Source: Deltaproteobacteria bacterium TL4 (lineage in GTDB: Bacteria > SAR324 > NAC60-12). Taken from it: a DNA stretch of 37,752 nucleotides. A program made the position numbers and the translations under genes. Position 1 is the first letter of the stretch. Each line of letters starts with the position of its first letter. The stretch is from positions 1 to 37,752 of the forward strand of contig JBBCAX010000133.1 of NCBI GenBank assembly GCA_051382335.1. The letters are read 5' to 3'. The notes below the pieces were generated by a model. That model was given only the letters and a program-made list of their open reading frames with translations, was not told the DNA's origin and did no database searches. This document shows positions 11,112-20,313 of this stretch, piece by piece.

Positions 11112-11444
11112 TCATGGAGCCCTATTTGGTTGACAAAGTAAACAATGGCAAAGTTCTCTCAATTTCTTAAACGGGTAGATGCCAGCATCATGATTATCAC
11201 TCCAGCGGAGGTACAGTGCATAATTGCCTACGTACCTGGAGGATACCACATGAATATCCCTGGGAATGCTGCTAGAGTCCAGCTTTTTTTCCCCGCTGAG
11301 TTCGTCCACGCAATGAGCACAGGGACAAGCATCCCGTAATTCAAAAAGGTTTAAATGACTTTCGTGTCCATCCTTCCACAAGAGATAAAGATCCTCTCCA
11401 ATTAATATTTTTTCTGGCTTTCGACGTTTAACGGCATGTGTCAT
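11112..11444 (-). CDS. DUF971 / gamma-butyrobetaine hydroxylase-like N-terminal domain protein
   Basis: WKDGHES, LRDACPCAHC, VGNYAL, WSDNHDAGIY. Confidence 0.85.
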   Translation of the reverse strand: MTHAVKRRKPEKILIGEDLYLLWKDGHESHLNLFELRDACPCAHCVDELSGEKKLDSSSIPRDIHVVSSRYVGNYALYLRWSDNHDAGIYPFKKLRELCHCLLCQPNRAP

Positions 11445-11711
11445 AATTCACGTTGATAGTGGTGCTGTCAAGGAACAATTTTCTGTTTTTTCAATGAATA
11501 CAAAGACGCGAACGCTCCAAAAATAAGCTGAGGTTGACGTCTCCTTGTAACCAATAACATAGAAATCCGCAATAATTTTGCTTTAGCTTTGAGGAAAAAC
11601 TCGATAATAAGAAAAGAGTATCAGACTCAGATAAGAGAAATTACACTAGATTGAATAACAATTCAAGCATTCGTTCAATGGGTTGAGTCCTCTATTTTGA
11701 TAACAACGGCG

Positions 11712-12329
11712 ATGATGGATCAAAAACGTCAACTCCATGACTTTTGGAGGAAGCATAACGTGGTTCAGCAAGAAGCCTTATTGTCCGCTTTCTTGAAAAT
11801 TCCACGGGAAGATTATATTCCAGAGAAGCTTAGAAATGAGGCCTATGCGGATCATCCCCTGCCTATAGGCCAAGGACAGACCATCTCTCAGCCGACCACG
11901 GTCATGATGATGTTAGAGTTGTTGAAAATTGAATCTTCACAAAAAGTTCTTGAGATTGGCGCTGGTAGCGGATACAACGCAGCATTGATGTCTTGTCTTG
12001 CGGCTGAGGTATACTCTGTTGAAACCATACCTAACCTCGTTGAGTTTGCAAAAGAAAATCTCTCTCGTACAAAAATCGGAAAGGTTACTGTGATTTGGGG
12101 TGATGGCAAGCAGGGTTATCCCCCTCAAGCGCCTTACGATCGCATTATAGTAACAGCCGCCGCGGAAAAGGTTCCAAACGCATTGTGTGAGCAATTAAAA
12201 ATTGGTGGATACTTGGTCTTACCTGTAGGAGAACCCTATCGTTGTGAAATGACAAAAATTTATAAAATTGACAAAGAGCGCTTCAAGACAACCCATCATG
12301 GTTTGTTTTCTTTTGTGCCATTGGTGTAA
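11712..12329 (+). CDS. pcm: Protein-L-isoaspartate O-methyltransferase (start uncertain, 11697-11715)
   Basis: AYADHPLPIGQGQTISQP, VLEIGAGSGY, GDG, APYDRIIVTAA, FSFVPL. Confidence 0.93.
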   Translation: MMDQKRQLHDFWRKHNVVQQEALLSAFLKIPREDYIPEKLRNEAYADHPLPIGQGQTISQPTTVMMMLELLKIESSQKVLEIGAGSGYNAALMSCLAAEVYSVETIPNLVEFAKENLSRTKIGKVTVIWGDGKQGYPPQAPYDRIIVTAAAEKVPNALCEQLKIGGYLVLPVGEPYRCEMTKIYKIDKERFKTTHHGLFSFVPLV

Positions 12330-12356
12330 TCACATGAATTCTAAACAAGGAGCTAC

Positions 12357-13235
12357 ATGAAAGGCGTAATACTTGCCGCAGGATATGCAACTCGATTCCT
12401 TCCCGCATCGAAAACTCTTCCCAAGGAAATGTTTCCCCTCATTGACCGTCCCGTTATTGATTTTATTGTACAAGAAATGGTCGATTCTGGCATTCAGGAT
12501 ATTCTTTTGGTGACCTCACGTCGAAAAAAAGTCATGGAGGATTACTTTGACCGGGAGTTTGAGCTTTCAACGGTGCTTGAACAAAAAAACTCTTATGAAA
12601 ATCTGGCTAAAGTGAAACCCGCGGAGGCGAATATTTTTACCACAAGGCAGCAGTCCATGCTGGGTACCGCAAATGCCCTCCTGTTAGTGGAACCCTTTGC
12701 GAAGGGCGAACCTTTTATTGTCGCGTATCCCGATGACATCGTTGTGGGAACGCCTCCCCTGAGTCAACAGATGATTGCCGCCTATGAGAAAACACATAAA
12801 ACGATTCTTGCTGTAGAAGAGTTACTTGATGAAGATGTTTCCCGATATGGCGTGATTGGTCACGGTGATGTCGATGCTGATGGAATTATGGCTGTCCATA
12901 AAATGACCGAAAAACCCGCTCAAGGGACCGAACCGAGTCGCATGGTTTCCTACGGCCGATATTTATACACTCCTGAAATTTTTGACGCATTAAGAGCGAG
13001 TAAGAAAGACAGAATTCCAGCGATTGAGTTCACTCAAACCGATGCGATCAACCAATTAGCAGAGCAGGGAAAAGTCGCGGCTTTGCAGTTTAAGGGCAGA
13101 CGCTACGATGTTGGCGAACCTTTGGGCTATGTGATGACTACCATTCAAATGGCGTTGCAACGGGCAGATATGCGTGATCCGATGTTGACATTTCTTACCG
13201 ATTTACTAAAACAGGAAAAAAAGCATGAAAATTGA
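12357..13235 (+). CDS. galU: UTP--glucose-1-phosphate uridylyltransferase
   Basis: AAGYATRFLPASKTLPKEMFP, EKP, GRYL, TDAI, RYDVG; AGGAG RBS. Confidence 0.85.
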   Translation: MKGVILAAGYATRFLPASKTLPKEMFPLIDRPVIDFIVQEMVDSGIQDILLVTSRRKKVMEDYFDREFELSTVLEQKNSYENLAKVKPAEANIFTTRQQSMLGTANALLLVEPFAKGEPFIVAYPDDIVVGTPPLSQQMIAAYEKTHKTILAVEELLDEDVSRYGVIGHGDVDADGIMAVHKMTEKPAQGTEPSRMVSYGRYLYTPEIFDALRASKKDRIPAIEFTQTDAINQLAEQGKVAALQFKGRRYDVGEPLGYVMTTIQMALQRADMRDPMLTFLTDLLKQEKKHEN

Positions 13236-14181
13236 GTCAATCCCTGAGTATACAAAACTCTCTTTCAGTTACTCCCGTCATGGCAAAGAGCCAGAATTAT
13301 TACTCGATTTTTTGGCCAGGCGTTTTTGTTATTTCAGCCAACAAAAATGGGAAGAAAGTATCCATGAAGGTCGAATTTTTATAGACTCTATGGAAGCCGG
13401 CGCAGATCAAGTTCTTAAAAACGCGCAGATTATCACCTATTTGCGCCCAGACCATCTGGAGCCTCTGATTGATCCTTGGTTCGAAATCATCTATGAAGAC
13501 GATTCCCTCATTGGTCTTAATAAATCAGGAAATTTGCCAACGTCTCCATCAGGGCGCTATTTTAAGAATACCTTACTCCATCAGGTTAAAATTCATAAAA
13601 ACTGGGAACAGCTCTACACCATTCATCGTTTGGATCGGGAAACCAGTGGTGTCGTCCTCTTTGCGAAGACTCTTGAAATGGCGCAGCACATGGCAAAATT
13701 ATTTCAGTCCAAACAAATTAGAAAGAAATATACCGCGATTCTTTCCAAACCATTACCCAGTCGCGAAGTCTTTCTTTCCATCCCTATTGGCAGATCCCCT
13801 GATAGTGACGTTCGGATCAAGCAGTCGGTCAGTCCGGAAGGTAAACTGAGCCAAACCTATTTCAGACAGCAAGAACGTCTGGGCCCCTATTATAAAACAG
13901 AAGTTGAACCCTTAACCGGACGAACGCATCAGATCCGCGTTCACGCGGCTTACATGGGAAATCCGATTGTGGGCGATAAAGTCTACGCCTTAGCGGAAGG
14001 AGCTTTTCTTCAGTGGTTGGCGGAGGGAGAGTCCTTTTTAGAAAAACACCATTTACCAACCCATCGACACTTGCTTCATGCTTCGGAGATTCGTTTTGTG
14101 CATCCCCTCACACAAAAATTCACGGTCATCCACGCAGGAGATCAGTTGATGATGCAATACATTGAGCTCAACACGAATTAG
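13225..14181 (+). CDS. RluA family pseudouridine synthase
   Basis: NKSGNLP, HRLDRETSG (catalytic Asp), TGRTHQIRVH, PIVGDKVY, LLHA. Confidence 0.93.
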   Translation: MKIESIPEYTKLSFSYSRHGKEPELLLDFLARRFCYFSQQKWEESIHEGRIFIDSMEAGADQVLKNAQIITYLRPDHLEPLIDPWFEIIYEDDSLIGLNKSGNLPTSPSGRYFKNTLLHQVKIHKNWEQLYTIHRLDRETSGVVLFAKTLEMAQHMAKLFQSKQIRKKYTAILSKPLPSREVFLSIPIGRSPDSDVRIKQSVSPEGKLSQTYFRQQERLGPYYKTEVEPLTGRTHQIRVHAAYMGNPIVGDKVYALAEGAFLQWLAEGESFLEKHHLPTHRHLLHASEIRFVHPLTQKFTVIHAGDQLMMQYIELNTN

Positions 14182-14218
14182 GGAATGCGTATAAAATACT
14201 TGAGATAAATCGTTTAGG

Positions 14219-14246
14219 TATTCCCACGCCAAAACGTGGGAACGAT
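14219..14246. repeat. REP-like palindrome (TTCCCACG-N6-CGTGGGAA family)
   Basis: Intergenic hairpin; related hairpin at 22226-22256. Confidence 0.55.
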
Positions 14247-14314
14247 GAATGGCGAACGAGAAAAAGTCTAAGGACTCACTTCTCGTTCCAAACTTTTATA
14301 ATCAGTGGAGAATT

Positions 14315-16039
14315 ATGGATATGACGATTGAAGAAAAGGCTAAATTGTGGGCGACAGATTCCTATTTTGATGAATCCACACGTAAAGAAGTTCAAGCCTT
14401 AATAGCTCAACAAAACACACGAGAGTTACAAGAACGTTTTGGGCAAATGTTAGAATTTGGGACAGGGGGGTTGCGGGGGATTATGGGCGCGGGTATCAAT
14501 CGTATGAACCGCTATACCATCCGGCTCGCAACAGAGGGACTCGCCCGTTATATAGAAAAACATGCGACAAAAGGTAAGATTCCCTGGGTGGTTATTGGCT
14601 ATGATTCCCGTAATCATTCTCTCGAATTTTCTAAAAGCGCGGCTGAAGTCCTGGCGGCTCATGGCGTTTCTGTTTATTTGTTTCAAACGCTTGCTCCTAC
14701 CCCTTTGGTTTCTTGTGAGGTCATCAGAAAAGGCGCTATTGCCGGTATTGTTGTCACCGCGAGTCATAACCCTCCAGAGTATAATGGCTATAAAGTTTAC
14801 TGGAAAAATGGAGGTCAAGTCATTCCTCCAGAAGATGAAGATATCATTGAAGAAGTGCGGAAGGTTGAACAAATCACCTCAATCCCGACCATTCCTTTTG
14901 AAAAAGCGCTGAACAAAGGGCAGATTCAATGGCTCACCAGTGAATCGGATCAGTATTTCTATGAGGCGGTAATAAAGCTTGCGTTAGGGAAACCTGAAAA
15001 CAATCAAAATCTGGGAGTGGTCTATACGCCTTTGCATGGAACAGGAGGTCGGCTGGTTCCAGAATTATTGAAACGACGAGGTTTTAAAAATTTTTTAATG
15101 GTTCCAGAACAAGGAAAGCCCGATGGCAACTTTTCCACCATCCGCTCTCCAAATCCTGAAGATCCCAGAGCCTTGGAAATGGCCGTATCGGTGTCTTCTC
15201 CGGAGCATGATGTGATTTTGGCCAATGATCCCGATGCCGATCGTTTGGGCGTCATGATTCGACACCCTGACCAAGGCTGGTACCGTCTGAATGGAAATCA
15301 AATTGGAGCGTTACTGTTAAACTTCCAACTTCAACAACTTCAGCATCAAAACAAAATCCCTGCCAATGGGGCCTTAGTGGTCAGTCTTGTCACCTCCCCC
15401 CTACCCTCCGCCATTGCGCGTTCTTATGGCTTACAAGTTGTGGAAACACTGACAGGGTTTAAATGGATATGGGCTGCGGCTAAAGAGATGGAACGAACAG
15501 GCTCGGGGTCCTTTATTTTTGGAATGGAAGAAAGTCATGGTTACTTGGCAGGAAACCACTCCGGAGATAAAGACGGAATCTGGGCGGCAATGGCCTTCGC
15601 GGAAATGGCCGCATCCTTGAAAGCCTCAGGAATCCGCGTGTGGGATTTCTTACAGCAAATTTATGATCAGTTCGGATTCTATTTGGATGCTCTGGAAACG
15701 ATTACGCTTCCCGGACTGGAAGGCCTTGAACAAATACGTTCCATGATGGAACGTTTTCGCCGTAATCCCCCTCAAACTCTGGGCGGTCAACCCTTAGTTC
15801 GTGTGACCGACTTACAAAATAATCAGGTGAAACATCTGGCTAAAAACGAAATCACCTCAGGCCCTAATTTGTCTCCATCGAATGTGTTGATTTTTGAATT
15901 AGCCGATCAGTCGAGAGTCATCGTCCGCCCTTCTGGAACAGAACCTAAAATCAAGTTCTATTTCAATCTCAGGGGTACGGAGGAACAGGCACTACAGCAG
16001 CAGTTAGCCGCCATTAAGAAAGATATGGTCCCCAGTTAG
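14315..16039 (+). CDS. pgm: Phosphoglucomutase/phosphomannomutase family protein
   Basis: FGTGGLRG, TASHNP phosphoserine motif, DPDADR, EESHG, RPSGTEPKIK. Start moved to ATG 14315, which has a GGAG RBS; the longer ORF start runs through REP-like DNA. Confidence 0.92.
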   Translation: MDMTIEEKAKLWATDSYFDESTRKEVQALIAQQNTRELQERFGQMLEFGTGGLRGIMGAGINRMNRYTIRLATEGLARYIEKHATKGKIPWVVIGYDSRNHSLEFSKSAAEVLAAHGVSVYLFQTLAPTPLVSCEVIRKGAIAGIVVTASHNPPEYNGYKVYWKNGGQVIPPEDEDIIEEVRKVEQITSIPTIPFEKALNKGQIQWLTSESDQYFYEAVIKLALGKPENNQNLGVVYTPLHGTGGRLVPELLKRRGFKNFLMVPEQGKPDGNFSTIRSPNPEDPRALEMAVSVSSPEHDVILANDPDADRLGVMIRHPDQGWYRLNGNQIGALLLNFQLQQLQHQNKIPANGALVVSLVTSPLPSAIARSYGLQVVETLTGFKWIWAAAKEMERTGSGSFIFGMEESHGYLAGNHSGDKDGIWAAMAFAEMAASLKASGIRVWDFLQQIYDQFGFYLDALETITLPGLEGLEQIRSMMERFRRNPPQTLGGQPLVRVTDLQNNQVKHLAKNEITSGPNLSPSNVLIFELADQSRVIVRPSGTEPKIKFYFNLRGTEEQALQQQLAAIKKDMVPS

Positions 16040-16161
16040 GGGGCTGGTACTGGGATGACGAAAACAAGGGGCAACTAGCTTTCTTAAATTGTTCCTGTGT
16101 TACTTCTTGGATTTCGTGTTCGTGTTTCGTATTCGGATAGATGTCCAGAAAAGTTCTGTCT

Positions 16162-16213
16162 CGGGGAGAAGGCATCTCATCCTCCGGTGAGGGCAAGATG
16201 CCCTCGTTCCCAG
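16162..16213. repeat. Degenerate REP-like inverted repeat
   Basis: GGCATCT..CCTC / GAGGGCAAGATGCC arms ending in TCCCAG. Confidence 0.45.
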
Positions 16214-16417
16214 AAAAAAACTTATCTGGAATACTCATAGGTGTTCGGGATTTTTATTATTTATAATCAGTTGGTTAAAATCCAGATTTTTGGGGTGTCC
16301 GTAAATGCCCGTTAAACAAGGATAAAAAATATTCGTGAATTACCGGTTTTAGAGACAATTATGAGGCGTCTCTCTAAGTACATGATTAAAAAGAGAAAAA
16401 ATTCAGAACACCTATGA

Positions 16418-16947
16418 GTTGAGGCTCAGGATCAGCTTTTACAAGATTTAAAAAAGTTAGCTGAAGAACGAAGGCAGTTGATTAATGACCAGGATCAGCT
16501 TTCACAAGAACGCATTCAATTTTTAAAAGACCAGGAACAATTCAGTAACACTCAGGCAGTCTTGATCCAGGAGCAGAAAAATTTGATGGAGTCCCAGGAG
16601 CAACTAAAACAGAGTCAGAAAGAATGGGATGATGAACTGAAAACTCTTAAAAAAGATCAAAGTGCTTTGCAAAAAAAACAGATGCTTTAACTAAAAAAGA
16701 AGATTCTTTAAAAATTCAAGAAATGGATTTGAAAAAGCTTCAAACTCAATTGGACAAAAGAACAAATTCACTGAATGACCTAGAAAAATCCTTAAAAGAC
16801 AGGATTAAAAAGTTAGGAGAAGATGGGAAAGGCTTTTTTGCTGGACTTGTGGAAGATACTAAAGATGGCTTGGAGCATATAGGAGAGCAGATCGGGGTTG
16901 TTAAACGTTCATCTGGAAAAAATAAAACCTCTAGTAAAGTGGAGTAA
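16418..16947 (+). pseudogene. Coiled-coil protein split by a frameshift at an A8 run (ORFs 16478-16690 and 16723-16947)
   Basis: One extra A at 16671-16678 gives continuous QKKTDALTKKEDSLKIQEMDLKK; 5' end is also broken by an in-frame TGA. Confidence 0.6.
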
Positions 16948-16950
16948 TTA

Positions 16951-17184
16951 ATGGCTACAGAATATCTCAGTGAAGATGATCTGACTCAAGCTGTTTTGTT
17001 TGAATATACAAATGCGATTGAAGCAATCAATCCTGATATCATTCTAAACACTATTAATTCTGTTTGTAGGGAAATTGATGAATTGCTTGAATGGAACTAC
17101 CGCATTCCACTGAAAACGATTCCTCAAGTAGGCCTTGAAAAACTTAGGGGACAGACCCTTTTTCATTTCTTGATTGCTTTTTAG
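16951..17184 (+). pseudogene. Truncated Mu-like phage gp36 (DUF1320)-like gene
   Basis: Pattern Y..xxDL...I...I.....EID..L..NY.IPL..IP matches my recollection of the gp36 N-terminal half; similarity stops after about 59 aa. Confidence 0.5.
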
Positions 17185-17272
17185 GTTGGTTTTAAGGTAA
17201 AATGTAAACATTCGTTTGGAAAATAGCACACTGAAGAACGCAGAAACCTTGAATTTTATATTTGGTAAACAT

Positions 17273-17530
17273 ATGGAAGTTTCTGTAGAAATACCGGACC
17301 AATACTTGAACCATAAAGTACCACAGTTGATAAAGCAACTAAAGCTCAACACAGCTATCGAGATGTATAGGAGTGATGAGCTTTCAGCAGGAGCAGCCTG
17401 CGAATTCGCAGGAACAGATCGCTTTGAATTTTTGGTAGAGTGCCGTAAAAGAGGGATCGAAATTCGCACCTATGAAGATGAGCAAGAACTGAAAGACGAA
17501 GTCTCCATGTTAAAAAGGATGTTTGAATGA
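17273..17530 (+). CDS. UPF0175 family putative antitoxin
   Basis: AIEMYRSDELSAGAACEFAG..RFEF...C..RGI pattern; overlaps the PIN gene (ATGA). ATG 17273 preferred over TTG 17216. Confidence 0.8.
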   Translation: MEVSVEIPDQYLNHKVPQLIKQLKLNTAIEMYRSDELSAGAACEFAGTDRFEFLVECRKRGIEIRTYEDEQELKDEVSMLKRMFE

Positions 17531-18012
17531 TCGTAGTTGCTGATTCTTCTCCCCTGATTGCCTTGGCCACATGTGAGGCTTTGGAACTTCTGTGTCTTCT
17601 TTTTCAAGATATTAGAATACCAAGAGCTGTATATCAAGAAGTAACCATTTTAGACAAACCCCACTCATCAATCCTCAAAAAATACTTTCAAGAAAAAGTC
17701 GAAGATGTAAAATTGGACGATTATGTTATTCATGTTCCAGGGTTAAACAGGGGGGAATTGGAAGCGATGGCAGTTTATAAACATCTTAAGGCTGACTTAC
17801 TTTTGATCGATGAACAGAAAGCCAGAAAAATCGCCAGGCGTAATAATATTCAGGTAACAGGAAGTCTTGGTGTGCTCATCATGGCAAAGGAAAAAGGACT
17901 GATTTCAGAAATAGCTCCTTTCATCAAAAAACTACGATCCTCGGACATATTTTACAGTATAGAAATACTAGAAGCTGCCCTTTTAATTGCCTCTGAAGAA
18001 AATCCTATTTAA
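17527..18012 (+). CDS. DUF3368 PIN-domain (VapC-like) putative toxin
   Basis: MIVVADSSPLIAL, IPRAVYQEV, GELEA, LLLIDE..AR, GSLGVL..AKEKGLI. Confidence 0.88.
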   Translation: MIVVADSSPLIALATCEALELLCLLFQDIRIPRAVYQEVTILDKPHSSILKKYFQEKVEDVKLDDYVIHVPGLNRGELEAMAVYKHLKADLLLIDEQKARKIARRNNIQVTGSLGVLIMAKEKGLISEIAPFIKKLRSSDIFYSIEILEAALLIASEENPI

Positions 18013-18064
18013 CAGTTTATGAATCAGGAGAAATTTCGTTATTACAGGCTTCTGACAGGAAAAT

Positions 18065-18286
18065 ATGATTACGATAGAACCGATTAAAACTGAAGCTGAC
18101 TATGATAAGACCTTAGCAAGAATTGAGAAATTGATGGATGCTGAAGCAGATACGCCTGAAGGGGATGAGCTGGATGTTTTAGTAACTCTGGTTGAAGATT
18201 ATGAGAAGAAGCATTCTCCTATCGCTTCTCCTGACCCAGTGGAAGCCATTAAATTTCGTACTTCTGACAGTGTTTCAAATAATTGA
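18065..18286 (+). pseudogene. higA: N-terminal fragment of a HigA-type antitoxin, HTH missing
   Basis: PIKTEADY..TPEGDELDVLVTLVEDYE..PDPVEAIKFR, then a stop where the HTH domain normally follows. Confidence 0.7.
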
Positions 18287-18294
18287 ATTTTTCA

Positions 18295-18370
18295 GGAGTG
18301 TCAAAGCTTGCTTTGACCAGAAAGGCGAAAGCCTTTGTTTGGATTTGGCCAAAGCAAGCTTTGACACTCC
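18295..18370. repeat. REP doublet (REPIN-like) inverted repeat
   Basis: 25-bp arms 18295-18319 and 18346-18370 with one mismatch; each arm is internally palindromic; inner AAAGGC-GAAA-GCCTTT hairpin. Confidence 0.8.
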
Positions 18371-18626
18371 GATTTACATTCCGCATTGAAAGACACCAAC
18401 CATTTCATTCAAGTGTATTGGGCTTGAAATTCCCGTCCAAAGTCATTTAACTTCAATGATCATCCATCCTGTGAGCAAGGCAATCAGTTCTTTTGCGATT
18501 TGGGAATGTTGTTCAAACTCATCCCAATAAGTATGTTTTTCCAAGAAAGAAACATAATCTTTTTTTTGATGTTCATACTTTGTTTTGAGTGCAGTCATTG
18601 ATTGCTGAAAAGTGGTATTTAAAGCT

Positions 18627-20264
18627 TCATGTTCGGAATTTGGCCTTTCTGCCAATTTTGATTTGTTTAAGTTTTGCCAAGGTCTGAAGACCATAGAGAT
18701 TAGGCGCCTTATCCATTGCTTTTTCTAACTTATTGATATGCTCTTGTGATGTTGTTACCACTTTATAAGATTCAACATAGCCATAATAAGACTCGACCCA
18801 GGGAATGAAAAGCCTCCAGCTAATTATGAATAAAACCACATGAGGGAAAAAATCGAAAACCATAAATTTTCCACAAAGTTTTTGGGGTTGGACGTCGAGC
18901 AAAGGAGAGTTCAACAGCGCTTGCGAGGCGGATTGCTTTTGATAGATGAGGAATAAGCTCAGCCCCATAAAGGTATAGACAGGAAGTTTGACTACAATCA
19001 TTCTGGACGCAAGGGTGAAATTACTGTGAAGCAAATAAGCTATAAAACCGCAGAACATACCAATGGCAAGCATACGGTAGAAATAATCCTCATGTTTATG
19101 AATAATAATTTTGAATAACCCTCTAAAGAGGAAAATCCACATGCACAACCATGACGACAGGGCCAGGATGCCTCCTTCCTGCATCAATTCAAGTACCTCG
19201 TTATGAGCATGGTTATATCTCCGGAAATCAAGATGAAGACGGACATCAGGAGACACAAATTTATAAAAGAGGTCATAAGAACTGCCAGGACCGTATCCCA
19301 ACCATGGTGATGCCTGAATCGAAGCCCAAGCGGTTTTCCAGGGAACCAAACGTTCCTCCCATTCACTTAAACGACTAAGTTCAGAAAACCTTTGTAGTAT
19401 CGTGTCCCTCTGTTCAAGGACAACCATCACTCCAATAGCTCCAAAAATGAGCAGGCAAATTCCCAGGTGAAACCACACTTTCCGCTGAGTTATTTTGAAT
19501 TGCATCAAAAGATAGAGAATCAAAAATAAGCATAAACTGACGACTAAACTCACCAATGCCGCACGACTCATCGCAAAACCTAGGGTTTTCATACCTATAC
19601 TGAACACGATTAAATAAAAAATATTCGCTATACTGAGATGAAGTCGTTTGAAGAACGGTTTATCCGAATGGTATTGAGGAATACCCATGGCAAATAATAC
19701 GGGAAGGATAACGACCATAAATCCAGAAAAATAATTGGTATTGCCATGAGTAATTTTTACTCGAATTGTAGGGGTGCCATCATGTGGAAGCCTCCCTGAC
19801 CTTTCCAATAAGGCCCAATAAAAACAATAAAGAACGGTCAGCGCTATAAAAAAAAGAAGGATTTTGATGTCCAGAGTTCCCCTTGCCCCTTTGAATAAAA
19901 TCCCTGCCCACATTAATAAAACAAGCGATGATGTAACCTCAATAGGCAGGTAATAATTGAACTGTCCCTGATAAGCGAGCAACCCGGGAATCGTTCCAAT
20001 CAAGGGTAAGGCTATAATAAATAGAGATTTCCAATAACCATACAAGGGAATGAATTTATCCGGTTTCCGAAATTGAATCACGGAATTGATCAAAAACAGT
20101 AGAGAAACTCCAAGGATCAAGATTAAGAGTTTATAAGTGTTGACATGGTAAAAACGGTAGCTCGTCGACCAATTTAGTGCGATAAACAAGACACCTGGAA
20201 GCAATAATATTGAAAAAATGATATTTTTAAAAATTATCTTTGAAACATGCCCTTCCATCATCAT
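18627..20264 (-). CDS. O-antigen ligase (Wzy_C/WaaL-like) family membrane protein, possibly 3'-truncated or frameshifted
   Basis: Multi-TM protein with GNTNY, SRAA, R..W...W..I..SPWLGYGPG and HAHNEVLE motifs. Confidence 0.8.
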   Translation of the reverse strand: MMMEGHVSKIIFKNIIFSILLLPGVLFIALNWSTSYRFYHVNTYKLLILILGVSLLFLINSVIQFRKPDKFIPLYGYWKSLFIIALPLIGTIPGLLAYQGQFNYYLPIEVTSSLVLLMWAGILFKGARGTLDIKILLFFIALTVLYCFYWALLERSGRLPHDGTPTIRVKITHGNTNYFSGFMVVILPVLFAMGIPQYHSDKPFFKRLHLSIANIFYLIVFSIGMKTLGFAMSRAALVSLVVSLCLFLILYLLMQFKITQRKVWFHLGICLLIFGAIGVMVVLEQRDTILQRFSELSRLSEWEERLVPWKTAWASIQASPWLGYGPGSSYDLFYKFVSPDVRLHLDFRRYNHAHNEVLELMQEGGILALSSWLCMWIFLFRGLFKIIIHKHEDYFYRMLAIGMFCGFIAYLLHSNFTLASRMIVVKLPVYTFMGLSLFLIYQKQSASQALLNSPLLDVQPQKLCGKFMVFDFFPHVVLFIISWRLFIPWVESYYGYVESYKVVTTSQEHINKLEKAMDKAPNLYGLQTLAKLKQIKIGRKAKFRT

Positions 20265-20313
20265 CGGTTCTCCAGGATTCGTATAGCATTTATTGGCAAT
20301 TTTTACTCCGGAT

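Noticed and set aside
16240..16400. Possible IS end or MITE remnants (GGGTGTCCGTAAATGCCC; GAGGCGTCTCTCTAAG)
   Set aside because: No matching partner repeat, target duplication or transposase found in the window.
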